Shown: positions 48,264-56,087, counted from the first letter of the stretch. The stretch: 64,000 nucleotides of DNA from an uncultured bacterium (GCA_963727715.1 CAVSGX010000004.1:8455-72454), one strand, 5' to 3'. Made by a program: numbers and translations. Notes: a model not told the origin generated them from the sequence alone.

Positions 48264-49526
48264 TTATTTCGCTTCAAGGGCCCCGGCGGTGTATTTATTG
48301 GACGCTGACCAAAGAAGCCACGAGGAAAGGCCCGAGTCGTTCACTGCTTTGATCTCAGCCGAAACTTCGGTCGGACCGTAATCCATAGTTAAACCGAAAT
48401 CTTGTAACCAAGGGCGCAACTTCTCGGCTGTGCTGGCAAAATCACTGGTGGAACTGGCTAGATTTTTTTCACGAGCAACGGCTGATTGCATAGCGTAAGA
48501 AACGATTTGATACGGATACTGTTCCGGATTTTTGAAACCGTCAAAGTTTTTAGAGTAATGGGATGGATAAACCATAGGCGAGACATAATCAAAATACGGC
48601 AAGGCATTGATTAAAACCTGCCCGATACCCATATCGTCATTGGCTGTCGTGGTTTCCCCGAAAAGATCGGCTGAAATTTTCAGAGCCGACGCTTTGGTCG
48701 GCTCCCCGACCTTCGATTTTGCAATCAAAGCGTCGGGGACGCCATCTTTTTGTGGCGTGCCGTCATTTTCGGCCAGACGGTCGCGCAAATAGCTGAAAAA
48801 ATTTTTCAAAATTTCAGTTTTCGGGGTGCTCGTGCTGAACGGATAGGAAATGTCTTGCATATTTCCATCGGATGGAAAACGAATATAATCAAAATTAACC
48901 TCATCAAAACCAATGGCTCGCGCTTGTCTGGCCAGCGAAACAATGTAATCCCAATACTCTGGCGCGCCCGGATCAATCCAAGAAATACCTTTGTTATCTT
49001 TCCAAACAGCCGTACCAGCTAAATTTTTGACAGCTAGGTCAGGACGAACTTTAACGAAGTAAGCGTCTTGAAAAACAGCAATGCGGGCAATGGCGTAGAT
49101 GCCGTTTTGGTGGAGCTCCGCCACAAAATTTTGCATATCCGGCACGCGATCATCCTCGGAACCGTAAGCTTTCAATTTTGGATCGCTGATCGGAAAAAAT
49201 ATTTTGCCGGAATAATCCTTGATATCAATAACCAAAGTATTGAGTTCAGTATCGTCAATCAACTTAACCAACGGCTCTCGCAAACTTTTGTCCGAAGCTG
49301 TCCAGCTAGTCATATAAATTCCCTTGACCGGATCCGGTGTCGGCACATATGACGGCAGAAAAATTTTAGCTGGCGCTTGGACAACTGAAGTGGAGGAAGT
49401 GGTGACGCCAATAGAATTAAAAACAAAATGTCGGCTAAAAATCTGCGGAAGATAAAAACAAAAAACAACCAAAAAAAGGACGACACAAAATATGATTACC
49501 TGCCTGTGTCGCGATAAAAAGTTCAT
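48264..49526 (-). CDS. Putative glycoside hydrolase-like TIM-barrel protein (DUF4015-like), membrane-anchored
   Basis: N-terminal TM helix. VKGIYMTSWTA..LNTLVIDIKDYSG..FDEVNFDYIRFP matches the pattern. Confidence 0.55.
   Translation of the reverse strand: MNFLSRHRQVIIFCVVLFLVVFCFYLPQIFSRHFVFNSIGVTTSSTSVVQAPAKIFLPSYVPTPDPVKGIYMTSWTASDKSLREPLVKLIDDTELNTLVIDIKDYSGKIFFPISDPKLKAYGSEDDRVPDMQNFVAELHQNGIYAIARIAVFQDAYFVKVRPDLAVKNLAGTAVWKDNKGISWIDPGAPEYWDYIVSLARQARAIGFDEVNFDYIRFPSDGNMQDISYPFSTSTPKTEILKNFFSYLRDRLAENDGTPQKDGVPDALIAKSKVGEPTKASALKISADLFGETTTANDDMGIGQVLINALPYFDYVSPMVYPSHYSKNFDGFKNPEQYPYQIVSYAMQSAVAREKNLASSTSDFASTAEKLRPWLQDFGLTMDYGPTEVSAEIKAVNDSGLSSWLLWSASNKYTAGALEAK
48685..48738 (+). repeat. 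Double-hairpin repeat, copy A (inside a CDS)
   Basis: gccgacgctttggtcggctccccgacc..gtcgggg. Its first 27 nt match 54826-54852 at 26 of 27 positions. Confidence 0.7.
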
Positions 49527-49543
49527 ATTATTTTCAAAAAATT

Positions 49544-49849
49544 TTAGAGTTGTTTGTCCTGGTTAGAAATTTCAGTGATCGTTTCAACTGTATCAGGTTT
49601 CGGTTCGGGTTTAGGTAAAATCTCCTCTCTCATCTCCGGTGCGCTTTCGCTCCAAATTGGAGTGATTTTTTCTCGGCGACGGCGAGGAATATTGTGACGG
49701 GGCAGAGAAAATTTAACCGAGAGTAAAATCAAACAGAGGCCGGAGATAACAGCCAAAAAAGTTCGGCCGGATGACGGCAAACCGAAAAAAGGAATGAGAA
49801 AAATAAATATCCCCAGAAAAAATGTTTTGTTGTTTTTTATCATATACAA
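49544..49849 (-). CDS. Small membrane protein, hypothetical
   Basis: 101 aa, two TM helices, then an RRRR stretch and a P/E-rich tail. Confidence 0.45.
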   Translation of the reverse strand: MYMIKNNKTFFLGIFIFLIPFFGLPSSGRTFLAVISGLCLILLSVKFSLPRHNIPRRRREKITPIWSESAPEMREEILPKPEPKPDTVETITEISNQDKQL

Positions 49850-49890
49850 ATCTTAATATAAAAATGTGAAAATGAAAAGCTGATAGATAT

Positions 49891-49923
49891 AAAAAGAAAG
49901 GCCCGGCGCTTGCGCACCAGGCC
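49891..49923 (-). terminator. Intrinsic terminator of the high-GC gene
   Basis: Minus sense: GGCCUGGUGC-GCAA-GCGCCGGGCC (10 bp with two G-U pairs), then UUUCUUUUU. Confidence 0.7.
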
Positions 49924-49971
49924 AGGATTCTTCGGGTCCCAACCGCCTCTCGTGAGAGAGGAAAGAACGAA

Positions 49972-50763
49972 CTAGACCGCGGCCGGCTCCTCAACTTCGG
50001 CGTCGTCGCCCGTCCAGCCGGCTCTCTCCAGGGCCGTTGCCATGATGGCAGTGCCATTGGGACCCGCTGGGTAACTCGCGTCTTCCTGGGCGACCGCCCC
50101 CGGCGAAGTGAATTTGCTGTCCGGGAATGGCTTCTTGTGACCGCCGCCACGTTGGTTGCTGGACGAATTCGGCAGGTGGTATTTGCCCTTGTTGTGAACG
50201 CTGTCCACCAGGCCCCACAGACTGTCGTCCGATTCCATCCGGTCGGCGTAAGCCAACTTGAGGAAACCGGCGATGTTCTTGAATTCATCTTCGCCGGCGC
50301 CGAGACCGAGAAGAGCGGCCAGAAGTCCCTGAACGGCGTAGAAGAAGTCTTCCGTGTCGCCGTGCGCCTTGGTCCATTCCGGCGCCTGCCAGGTCGGTTT
50401 CGCGAAGTCGTCCGAGAGTAGTCGATGGAGATAGATATCTCCGATTTCCTGGCGGTCGGTCAGCCTGATGAACTCCGGAATCGCCCCGACCCACAAACGG
50501 TTCGGGAACTTCGTGACGAATCTCACGGCAGCATCGACGCCCGCCGGGCACTCGATGGCCGCGAAGATCGTCTCAGTGCTCGTCATCACATCGGCCAACC
50601 TGACTGTGCCGGCGACGAGCCGGTCAAGGATAGAAACAGCCTCGACCGAGCGCCTCTCCCGATGTCGGAGGCTAGTAGCCTCCAAGGTCTCCTTGACAGC
50701 TTCATTTGGAGGCGGCATGACAGTGGCAGCCGCCTTAATCCTGCGGAGCAAATTCAATCCCAT
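49972..50763 (-). CDS. Hypothetical protein encoded in a high-GC segment
   Basis: 263 aa. Upstream SD ggaggagaagagg. One 60-nt line (50041-50100) hand-counts 40 G+C, against roughly 40 percent elsewhere. Several overlapping shadow ORFs are typical of high GC. Confidence 0.6.
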   Translation of the reverse strand: MGLNLLRRIKAAATVMPPPNEAVKETLEATSLRHRERRSVEAVSILDRLVAGTVRLADVMTSTETIFAAIECPAGVDAAVRFVTKFPNRLWVGAIPEFIRLTDRQEIGDIYLHRLLSDDFAKPTWQAPEWTKAHGDTEDFFYAVQGLLAALLGLGAGEDEFKNIAGFLKLAYADRMESDDSLWGLVDSVHNKGKYHLPNSSSNQRGGGHKKPFPDSKFTSPGAVAQEDASYPAGPNGTAIMATALERAGWTGDDAEVEEPAAV

Positions 50764-50943
50764 AAAAACCTCTTCTCCTCCATTTAGCCTAGGAGGTCGG
50801 CATTTTTCGAGGATCGTGCCTTTGGTTTAAACCTCCAGCATTCCGCAGATAAGTATACACCTTTTAATAATTTTGTCAAGCACATTTTTGGCCATATTTT
50901 AAGCCACTTTTTTAAGCATAAAAAATTACCTATTTATTTTTCC

Positions 50944-50977
50944 AAAAAAAATCCTGTGGCGTGTGGCCAGCAGGATT
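50944..50977 (-). terminator. Intrinsic terminator after the 175-aa gene
   Basis: Minus sense: aatcctgctggccacacgccacaggatt followed by ttttttt. Confidence 0.65.
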
Positions 50978-50985
50978 ATCAAGAA

Positions 50986-51513
50986 CTATTGCTTTTTATA
51001 CAACTTTTCCTTCACATGACTGTAGACTTCATCGCTCAATCGAAACTCTCCCATAAGATACGAGGCGATTTCCTTGGCGAATCTGACCATGGCCGGCCGC
51101 TCGAGATCCCAATCTGTGAAGGTGTGACAATTTGGATTTCTCTTACCGTCAGCGTCAAGAGTAACATCAACGAATGCTACATTTCTACAGAGAGAAAAAA
51201 TGAAATCGGTGCCGTAGAAATAATCCATCGGCGTACCGAAGGCAGTCAAAAGCCTGAGATGACGACGCAGTCTTTTTGGCAAATGCTGTTTGACTTCGAC
51301 AAACACTTGCCAGAAGAAAGCGTTGTTTTCTTTCAAAGCATTCTGATCGGCATTGCGAGCTAGGACTAAATTAATTGTCTCCACCATAGCGGTGGGGAAA
51401 TCAAAACGTTGGCTGTCTGGCCCATATGCCACCCAGCCGGTATCTACGGAAGAAAAACCCCCACAAAACCTTTCAAAATCATATCCGGTTCGAAATGACT
51501 GTCTCGTTTGCAC
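50986..51513 (-). CDS. Hypothetical protein (second gene of the compositionally atypical island)
   Basis: 175 aa, intermediate GC, no recognisable motif. Confidence 0.5.
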   Translation of the reverse strand: MQTRQSFRTGYDFERFCGGFSSVDTGWVAYGPDSQRFDFPTAMVETINLVLARNADQNALKENNAFFWQVFVEVKQHLPKRLRRHLRLLTAFGTPMDYFYGTDFIFSLCRNVAFVDVTLDADGKRNPNCHTFTDWDLERPAMVRFAKEIASYLMGEFRLSDEVYSHVKEKLYKKQ

Positions 51514-51558
51514 ATTTGGACTCCTCTGCTACTATATAAGCATAAAGCAAAAATAAAG

Positions 51559-52596
51559 TCAACTGATTTGCAAGTTTGGCAAAAGTTCCCTGTCTCGCTC
51601 CGTTTCTTCAATAATTTTTGCCATATCTGCCACTACTTCCAAGGGGTACTTGCCAACGGCCGTTTCTTCGGAGAGCATGACTGCTTCAGCGCCATCCAAA
51701 ACGGCATTGGCCACATCAGAAACTTCGGCCCGAGTCGGTCTTTCGTTTTCCACCATTGATTCCATCATTTGAGTGGCGATGATTGTCGGTTTACTGACCT
51801 CGTTGCATTTTCCGGTGATCATTTTTTGAACGAACGGCACTTTTTCAAAAGGAATCTCCACGGCCAAGTCTCCGCGAGCCACCATTATGGAGTCCGAAGC
51901 GGAAATAATTTCGTCTATGTTCTCCACAGCTTGTGGTGTTTCTATTTTGGCGATGATTTTAGCTTGGCACCCGCGCTCTTCTAGAATTTTCCGTAATCCT
52001 AAAATATCCGAAGCTCTGCGAACAAAAGATACGGCCACAAAATCAACTTTGTTTTTTATACCGAACTCCAAACTGGCCAAATCTTTTTCGGTCAGAGCAT
52101 TAACCGAAAGTTCCGAGCCAGGCAGGTTGAGCCCCTTTCTGCTTTTGACTTCCCCGCCGATTAAAACTTTGCAGACGACATCATTGTCTTTGATTCCCGA
52201 GACTTCCAATTTTATTCTGCCATCGTCAATATAAATAAAATCGCCCGGAGAAACTTCTTTCGGCAAGAATGGGTAATTGACCGAAACACGGTTTTGGTCG
52301 CCTTGGCACTGGTCCGTGGTCAGAGTAAACATTTTTCCTTCTTTCAAACAAACAGTGTCGGATCCGAAATTGCCGATGCGGATTTTTGGCCCGGGCAAAT
52401 CCTGAATGACCCCGGCGACAATGCCGGTGTTTTTTACAGCTGTTTGAATATTGTCAAAGCGTTTTTGTTGCTCATCTATATCGGCTTGAGAAAAGTTGAG
52501 ACGAAAAATATTAGCTCCAGCTTTGAGCAATTCTTCAAGCATCTCCACATCTCTGGTTGATGGACCAATGGTGACAATAATTTTAGTTTTTCTCAT
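51559..52596 (-). CDS. pyk: Pyruvate kinase lacking the C-terminal (allosteric) domain
   Basis: [19 protein letters not shown], the PGPKIRIG B-domain hinge, [10 protein letters not shown] and [12 protein letters not shown]. The protein ends about 25 aa after this motif. Start taken at the ATG at 52596. Confidence 0.85.
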   Translation of the reverse strand: MRKTKIIVTIGPSTRDVEMLEELLKAGANIFRLNFSQADIDEQQKRFDNIQTAVKNTGIVAGVIQDLPGPKIRIGNFGSDTVCLKEGKMFTLTTDQCQGDQNRVSVNYPFLPKEVSPGDFIYIDDGRIKLEVSGIKDNDVVCKVLIGGEVKSRKGLNLPGSELSVNALTEKDLASLEFGIKNKVDFVAVSFVRRASDILGLRKILEERGCQAKIIAKIETPQAVENIDEIISASDSIMVARGDLAVEIPFEKVPFVQKMITGKCNEVSKPTIIATQMMESMVENERPTRAEVSDVANAVLDGAEAVMLSEETAVGKYPLEVVADMAKIIEETERDRELLPNLQIS

Positions 52597-52672
52597 TACA
52601 AATATAATACAGGAAAACGGGAAGAAAGAGAAATGGAAATAATCTGTTTTACACAAAACAAAAGCCAGTTGT

Positions 52673-53281
52673 TTAGAGCAACTGGCAAATTTTTGGGGTT
52701 CTTTGTTTTTGCGTCATTCGGTACGCATCGACAATAAAACCCAAAGAAATTATTTGTTGAACGAAAAGCCATGGGTAGTTTTCTATATACATCAGCCACC
52801 CACAAGCAACGTGCATAAGAACATACCAGAGATATCCGCCAGACCGCTCTTTGGCAAGCATGTATGTGCCTATAAGAAAACCTGACACAAGCCCAACCTC
52901 CAGCCATTGATTAACAGTTTTGAGCCCACCGAAATCATATAGACTGTAAGTGAACCCAAGTGCAATGCAAATGACAGCAAGGTGATCAAGCCAACGTGGT
53001 GGTTTTTTAGTTATGCCACGAATAGCAATCACTAAACCCAGCACCATTGCTGGAGCTCCACTTGTTTCTACTGAAGCGGCGATCCAGTTTCGCTCCTTCA
53101 CAAAAATAATCACCCATGGAGGTAAACCAATAAGATACACTGCCCATGAGGCGATTTTCCAATTCCGCTTTTTCCCTATATCACCCCGATTGTGGGCATG
53201 TTCCGAAAATGAGAAAAAAATCTTATTGAGAAGATAAAATATCCCCCCAAGGTACTGTAACAGCAAAACACCCCTAGCCAC
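52673..53281 (-). CDS. Integral membrane protein, hypothetical; the 5' end abuts the IS30 element
   Basis: 202 aa, about 6 TM segments. The assigned GTG start (53279-53281) sits exactly at the IS left end. Confidence 0.45.
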   Translation of the reverse strand: MARGVLLLQYLGGIFYLLNKIFFSFSEHAHNRGDIGKKRNWKIASWAVYLIGLPPWVIIFVKERNWIAASVETSGAPAMVLGLVIAIRGITKKPPRWLDHLAVICIALGFTYSLYDFGGLKTVNQWLEVGLVSGFLIGTYMLAKERSGGYLWYVLMHVACGWLMYIENYPWLFVQQIISLGFIVDAYRMTQKQRTPKICQLL

Positions 53282-54296
53282 CTTTGAAGTAGGACAGTTA
53301 GAATTAATGCATTAGTCGAAAATTAATTTTAATTGTCATATGAAAAACAAATATCATCATTTGTCTTTTGAAGAGAGGTTTTGTATTGAAAAGATGTATT
53401 GCGCCGGTTCGGCCATTCGCAAAATTGCCGAATTTCTCGGTCGGAGTGTCAACACTGTGAGCAGAGAAATACAAAAACACAGTGTTAATGGGGTGTATGA
53501 AGCGGAAAAAGCCAAGCAGAAAGTTTCAATGAAAAGATGGCGAGCCAAACAGCAGTGTCTGAAAGTGGCGCTTGACCCGTTTCTCTGTCGATTCGTGGTG
53601 GAACGATTAACCAAGCCGTATCATTGGTCGCCGAAGCAGATTAGCGGGTATCTTGAATGTGAAATGGGTATCATCTGCTCGGCCAAAGCCATATACAAAT
53701 TTGCCGAGTCGAGAGGTCTAAACCACCTGCTTTTTTGGGGTTGGAACAATCACAAGGGTGGGAGAAAACGAAATCATTGGAAGCACATTCAGGATGGCAG
53801 GAAGTATATTGATGTCAGACCGGAGAGAAAAGGTCTAGGACACATTGAGCTCGATTTCATCGTTTCCAAAGACAGTTCGTGGGTACTTTTGGTTGCTGTG
53901 GATTGGCAAGCCAAAAGAACATGGGTCAGGAAACTGCCCAACAGAAAACGCGACACTATTCGTGCCGCGCTTTCCCGTCTGTTCCATGGTGTTGAATTGA
54001 AGAGCATCACCACAGACAACGATATTGCATTCACCTGTTGGAAAGAGTTGGAAACTCTCCTGCAAGTGCCAATCTATTTTACACATCCATACCATTCTTG
54101 GGAAAAAGGTCTGGTGGAAAACACCAACAGATGGATCAGATGTTTTGTGCCTAAACGAAGAGATATTGAGTCAGTCACTGAGGAAGAATTGCAAGAAATA
54201 CATTCCTTCCTAAACAACCGACCGAGAGAAGTGATTGGCTTCCGCGCGCCAATGAGTTATTATTCAAACATTAGTTCTGTCCTACTTGAGGGGTAA
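53281..54296 (+). mobile_element. IS30-family insertion sequence
   Basis: Transposase ORF plus imperfect terminal inverted repeats. Left: ..gaagtaggacagttagaattaatg (53286 onward). Right reverse complement: ..caagtaggacagaactaatg (ending about 54293). Confidence 0.75.
53340..54296 (+). CDS. IS30-family transposase
   Basis: 318 aa. N-terminal HTH (HLSFEERFCIEKMYCAGSAIRKIAEFLGRSVNTVSREI) and a DDE core (..ELDFIV..TTDNDIAF..PYHSWEKGLVENTN). Confidence 0.9.
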   Translation: MKNKYHHLSFEERFCIEKMYCAGSAIRKIAEFLGRSVNTVSREIQKHSVNGVYEAEKAKQKVSMKRWRAKQQCLKVALDPFLCRFVVERLTKPYHWSPKQISGYLECEMGIICSAKAIYKFAESRGLNHLLFWGWNNHKGGRKRNHWKHIQDGRKYIDVRPERKGLGHIELDFIVSKDSSWVLLVAVDWQAKRTWVRKLPNRKRDTIRAALSRLFHGVELKSITTDNDIAFTCWKELETLLQVPIYFTHPYHSWEKGLVENTNRWIRCFVPKRRDIESVTEEELQEIHSFLNNRPREVIGFRAPMSYYSNISSVLLEG

Positions 54297-54353
54297 TTGG
54301 AGGACACACCTCCATTAAATAAAATATCACAATAAAATAATAAAGTCAAATTG

Positions 54354-54427
54354 TGCGCGTGCCAGGACTCGAACCTGGGACCTCGTCATTATCAGTGACG
54401 TGCTCTAGCCACCTGAGCTACACGCGC
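54354..54427 (-). tRNA. tRNA-Ile (anticodon GAU), CCA not encoded
   Basis: Minus sense: GCGCGTG TAGCTCAGGTGGCTAGAGCA CGTCA CTGATAA TGACG AGGTC CCAGG TTCGAGT CCTGG CACGCGC A. All four arms pair. Confidence 0.9.
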
Positions 54428-54439
54428 GTATTTCAGAAA

Positions 54440-54468
54440 AATATAACAAAAAAAACGTTTTTAAGCAA
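54440..54468 (-). promoter_or_regulatory. Promoter of tRNA-Ile
   Basis: Minus sense: TTGCTT, 17 nt, TATATT, ending about 12 nt before the tRNA 5' end. Confidence 0.5.
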
Positions 54469-54470
54469 AC

Positions 54471-54498
54471 AAAAAAGGTCAGAGGGGACAAGCCCTCT
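54471..54498 (-). terminator. Intrinsic terminator after the small membrane-protein gene
   Basis: agaggg/ccctct stem (54481-54498), then a T-run on the minus strand. Confidence 0.55.
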
Positions 54499-54721
54499 AA
54501 CCCCGAGAATAAGGATGATTTTCCTTTTTCAAAATCTTGTATTCTAAAAAACCATAACCAAAAAGCAAAATGAGACAAACAATGAAAAAGATAAGCGACC
54601 GAAGTGGCTCCTTGGGATCGATGGGTTCCAATTTGTTTGGGAATCCTATACAAACCACAACACAAATCGCCACCGCTAGTAAAATCGGTATTCTGATTTT
54701 TTTTAGTGTACTAAGACTCAT
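54497..54721 (-). CDS. Small two-TM membrane protein between 16S and tRNA-Ile
   Basis: 74 aa from the ATG at 54721, preceded by GGAGG (54729-54733). MSLSTLKKIRIPILLAVAICVVVCIGF..LIFFIVCLILLFGYGF. Confidence 0.5.
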   Translation of the reverse strand: MSLSTLKKIRIPILLAVAICVVVCIGFPNKLEPIDPKEPLRSLIFFIVCLILLFGYGFLEYKILKKENHPYSRG

Positions 54722-54740
54722 AGGTGAACCTCCACATAGA

Positions 54741-54770
54741 ACTATATCATACTTTGTCCACAAAAGTCAA
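54741..54770 (-). promoter_or_regulatory. Promoter of the small membrane-protein gene
   Basis: Minus sense: TTGACT, 18 nt, TATAGT (with a TGn-like extension). Confidence 0.45.
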
Positions 54771-54787
54771 GTATAAATTTTTATACG

Positions 54788-54815
54788 AAAAAACCACTTT
54801 GTTTAGCGGTTTTTT
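54788..54815 (-). terminator. Probable terminator of the 16S transcription unit
   Basis: Minus sense: AACCGC-UAAACAAA-GUGGUU, then UUUU. Confidence 0.45.
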
Positions 54816-54825
54816 CGAGCTATAA

Positions 54826-54864
54826 GCCGACGCTTCGGTCGGCTCCCCGACCGCAACGTCGGGG
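54826..54864 (+). repeat. Double-hairpin repeat, copy B (3' of 16S)
   Basis: gccgac gcttcg gtcggc tccccgac cgcaac gtcgggg. Confidence 0.7.
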
Positions 54865-54867
54865 TTG

Positions 54868-54887
54868 TCCTTTATTTTGTTCCGTTC
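54868..54887 (-). promoter_or_regulatory. 3' strand of the 16S precursor processing stem
   Basis: tcctttattttgttccgttc is the perfect reverse complement of 58617-58636. Confidence 0.7.
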
Positions 54888-55380
54888 ACCCGAGTCTTTC
54901 CTCGGTGTCAAACTGTTTTAGGACGCACAGTCATCGTCCATTGTCTGCTCAATTGAGGCAGGCAATATCGACTCAATCGTTCGACACATTCTAGGAACGC
55001 GCCGGACTTCTCGATCAGAGACCGAGAGTTTTTCAAATTGAATTATTCCACGACCAGCTTCCGCTAGCCGTGCCTTGTTACGACTTAGTCTTTGTCATTG
55101 AGCTTACCTTGGTGCCGCAAAAACGACGCTTCGGGTATTCCCAACTCCCCTGACTTGACGGGCGGATTTCGATAACTTTCGTTTCAGGTTCCCTGAAGTT
55201 TTTAACTTCACCATATCGCTTCCCGTTATTCACGACTTTGGACGTAGCGAGCGGATTTCCCGCACTACGCGAGTTCGATAGTTTCTAGAACTAACGATTT
55301 TGTCCTTCATTTTGTTTTTCAACAAAACTACTACGACGCAGCTGACTTCCAGCACTAATTTTTGGAGTCAAGATTTTCAC

Positions 55381-55407
55381 TTGACAAACACATTTTTTTC
55401 TTATTAT
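55381..55407 (+). promoter_or_regulatory. Promoter-like signal in E1
   Basis: TTGACA (55381-55386) within the hairpin gtcaag..cttgac, followed by TATTAT 15 nt downstream. Confidence 0.35.
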
Positions 55408-55426
55408 TTCATAGGAGGTACTTCGT

Positions 55427-55534
55427 ATGCACATATTTGAGGTTTTTGTATGTGTTGTTTTGGCAATCATGTTTCTTCCTTTGCCAATTTTCTTTTTGCG
55501 TTTTATTGCTTGTATAATAACTGATGCTGATTAA
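55427..55534 (+). CDS. 35-aa hydrophobic peptide (type-I-toxin-like), candidate
   Basis: AGGAGG (55413-55418), 8 nt, then ATG. MHIFEVFVCVVLAIMFLPLPIFFLRFIACIITDAD, TAA stop. Too short for the ORF track. Confidence 0.4.
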   Translation: MHIFEVFVCVVLAIMFLPLPIFFLRFIACIITDAD

Positions 55535-55558
55535 ATCTAATCAGTTATTAGTCGACTT

Positions 55559-55590
55559 GAGTGATTTTGTCAAATCACTCTTTTCTTTTT
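55559..55590 (+). terminator. Intrinsic terminator of the E1 cassette
   Basis: gagtgattt-tgtc-aaatcactc (9-bp stem), then ttttcttttt. Confidence 0.55.
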
Positions 55591-56087
55591 CCAAAAATTA
55601 GTGCTGGATCTCCCAGGGTCATTTATATTTCTGTTCCAAACATCCGAATCGAGATTTTCGATAAGATTTATCGTGTGCTTCCTTCTGACTCACCGCAGAA
55701 GTCGCACATCTCTTTTTTTTGATTCGGCTGCTCTTTGCTACTAGGATCCTTCAGTCCAGTCATTGCTGATTGTGGACCTACCCGTTCGCTATTTTCACAC
55801 TCCTGTGAAAAGTTGGATTTGAACCAACTAGATATATAAACTGCCTGGCGCATTTTATTCTGAGTACAAGACTTGAGAACGTATTCACCGCGGTATGTCT
55901 GACCCGCGATTACTAGCAATTCCAACTTCATGGGGTCGAGTTTCAGCCCCCAATCTGAACTGGGGCGACTTTTCTAAGGATTGGCTCAGGGTTACCCCGT
56001 CGCAACCTGTTGTAGTCGCCATTGTATTATGTGTGTAGCCCAAGGTATCAAAGGGACATGCTGATCTGGCGTCATCCTCGCCTTCCT

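Larger units (their letters stand above)
55351..55605 (+). mobile_element. TIR-bounded small-ORF cassette E1 (antisense to the rRNA)
   Basis: agcactaatttttgg (55351-55365) and ccaaaaattagtgct (55591-55605); the IR extends to 18 bp. The first 22 nt and last 25 nt are shared with E2. Confidence 0.5.
55166..55860 (-). other. 695-nt insertion in 16S after about E. coli position A1398 (intron/IVS of unassigned class)
   Basis: Conserved GTACTCA | CCGCCCGTCA is interrupted between 55861 and 55165. No long ORF is present. The insertion contains cassette E1. Confidence 0.75.

Noticed and set aside
49713-50830. Numerous overlapping ORFs on both strands (for example 49713..50288, 49991..50218, 50137..50421, 50285..50551, 50425..50787, 50468..50830)
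   Set aside because: These are typical stop-poor shadow frames of a high-GC segment. Only the longest ORF (49972..50763), which has an SD and a terminator, was retained.
55806-55832. tRNA-like T-arm (GTTGG-TTCAAAT-CCAAC, minus sense) inside the 1398 insertion
   Set aside because: No acceptor, D or anticodon arms can be built around it, and the insertion starts only about 33 nt upstream. It is treated as an isolated T-loop motif.
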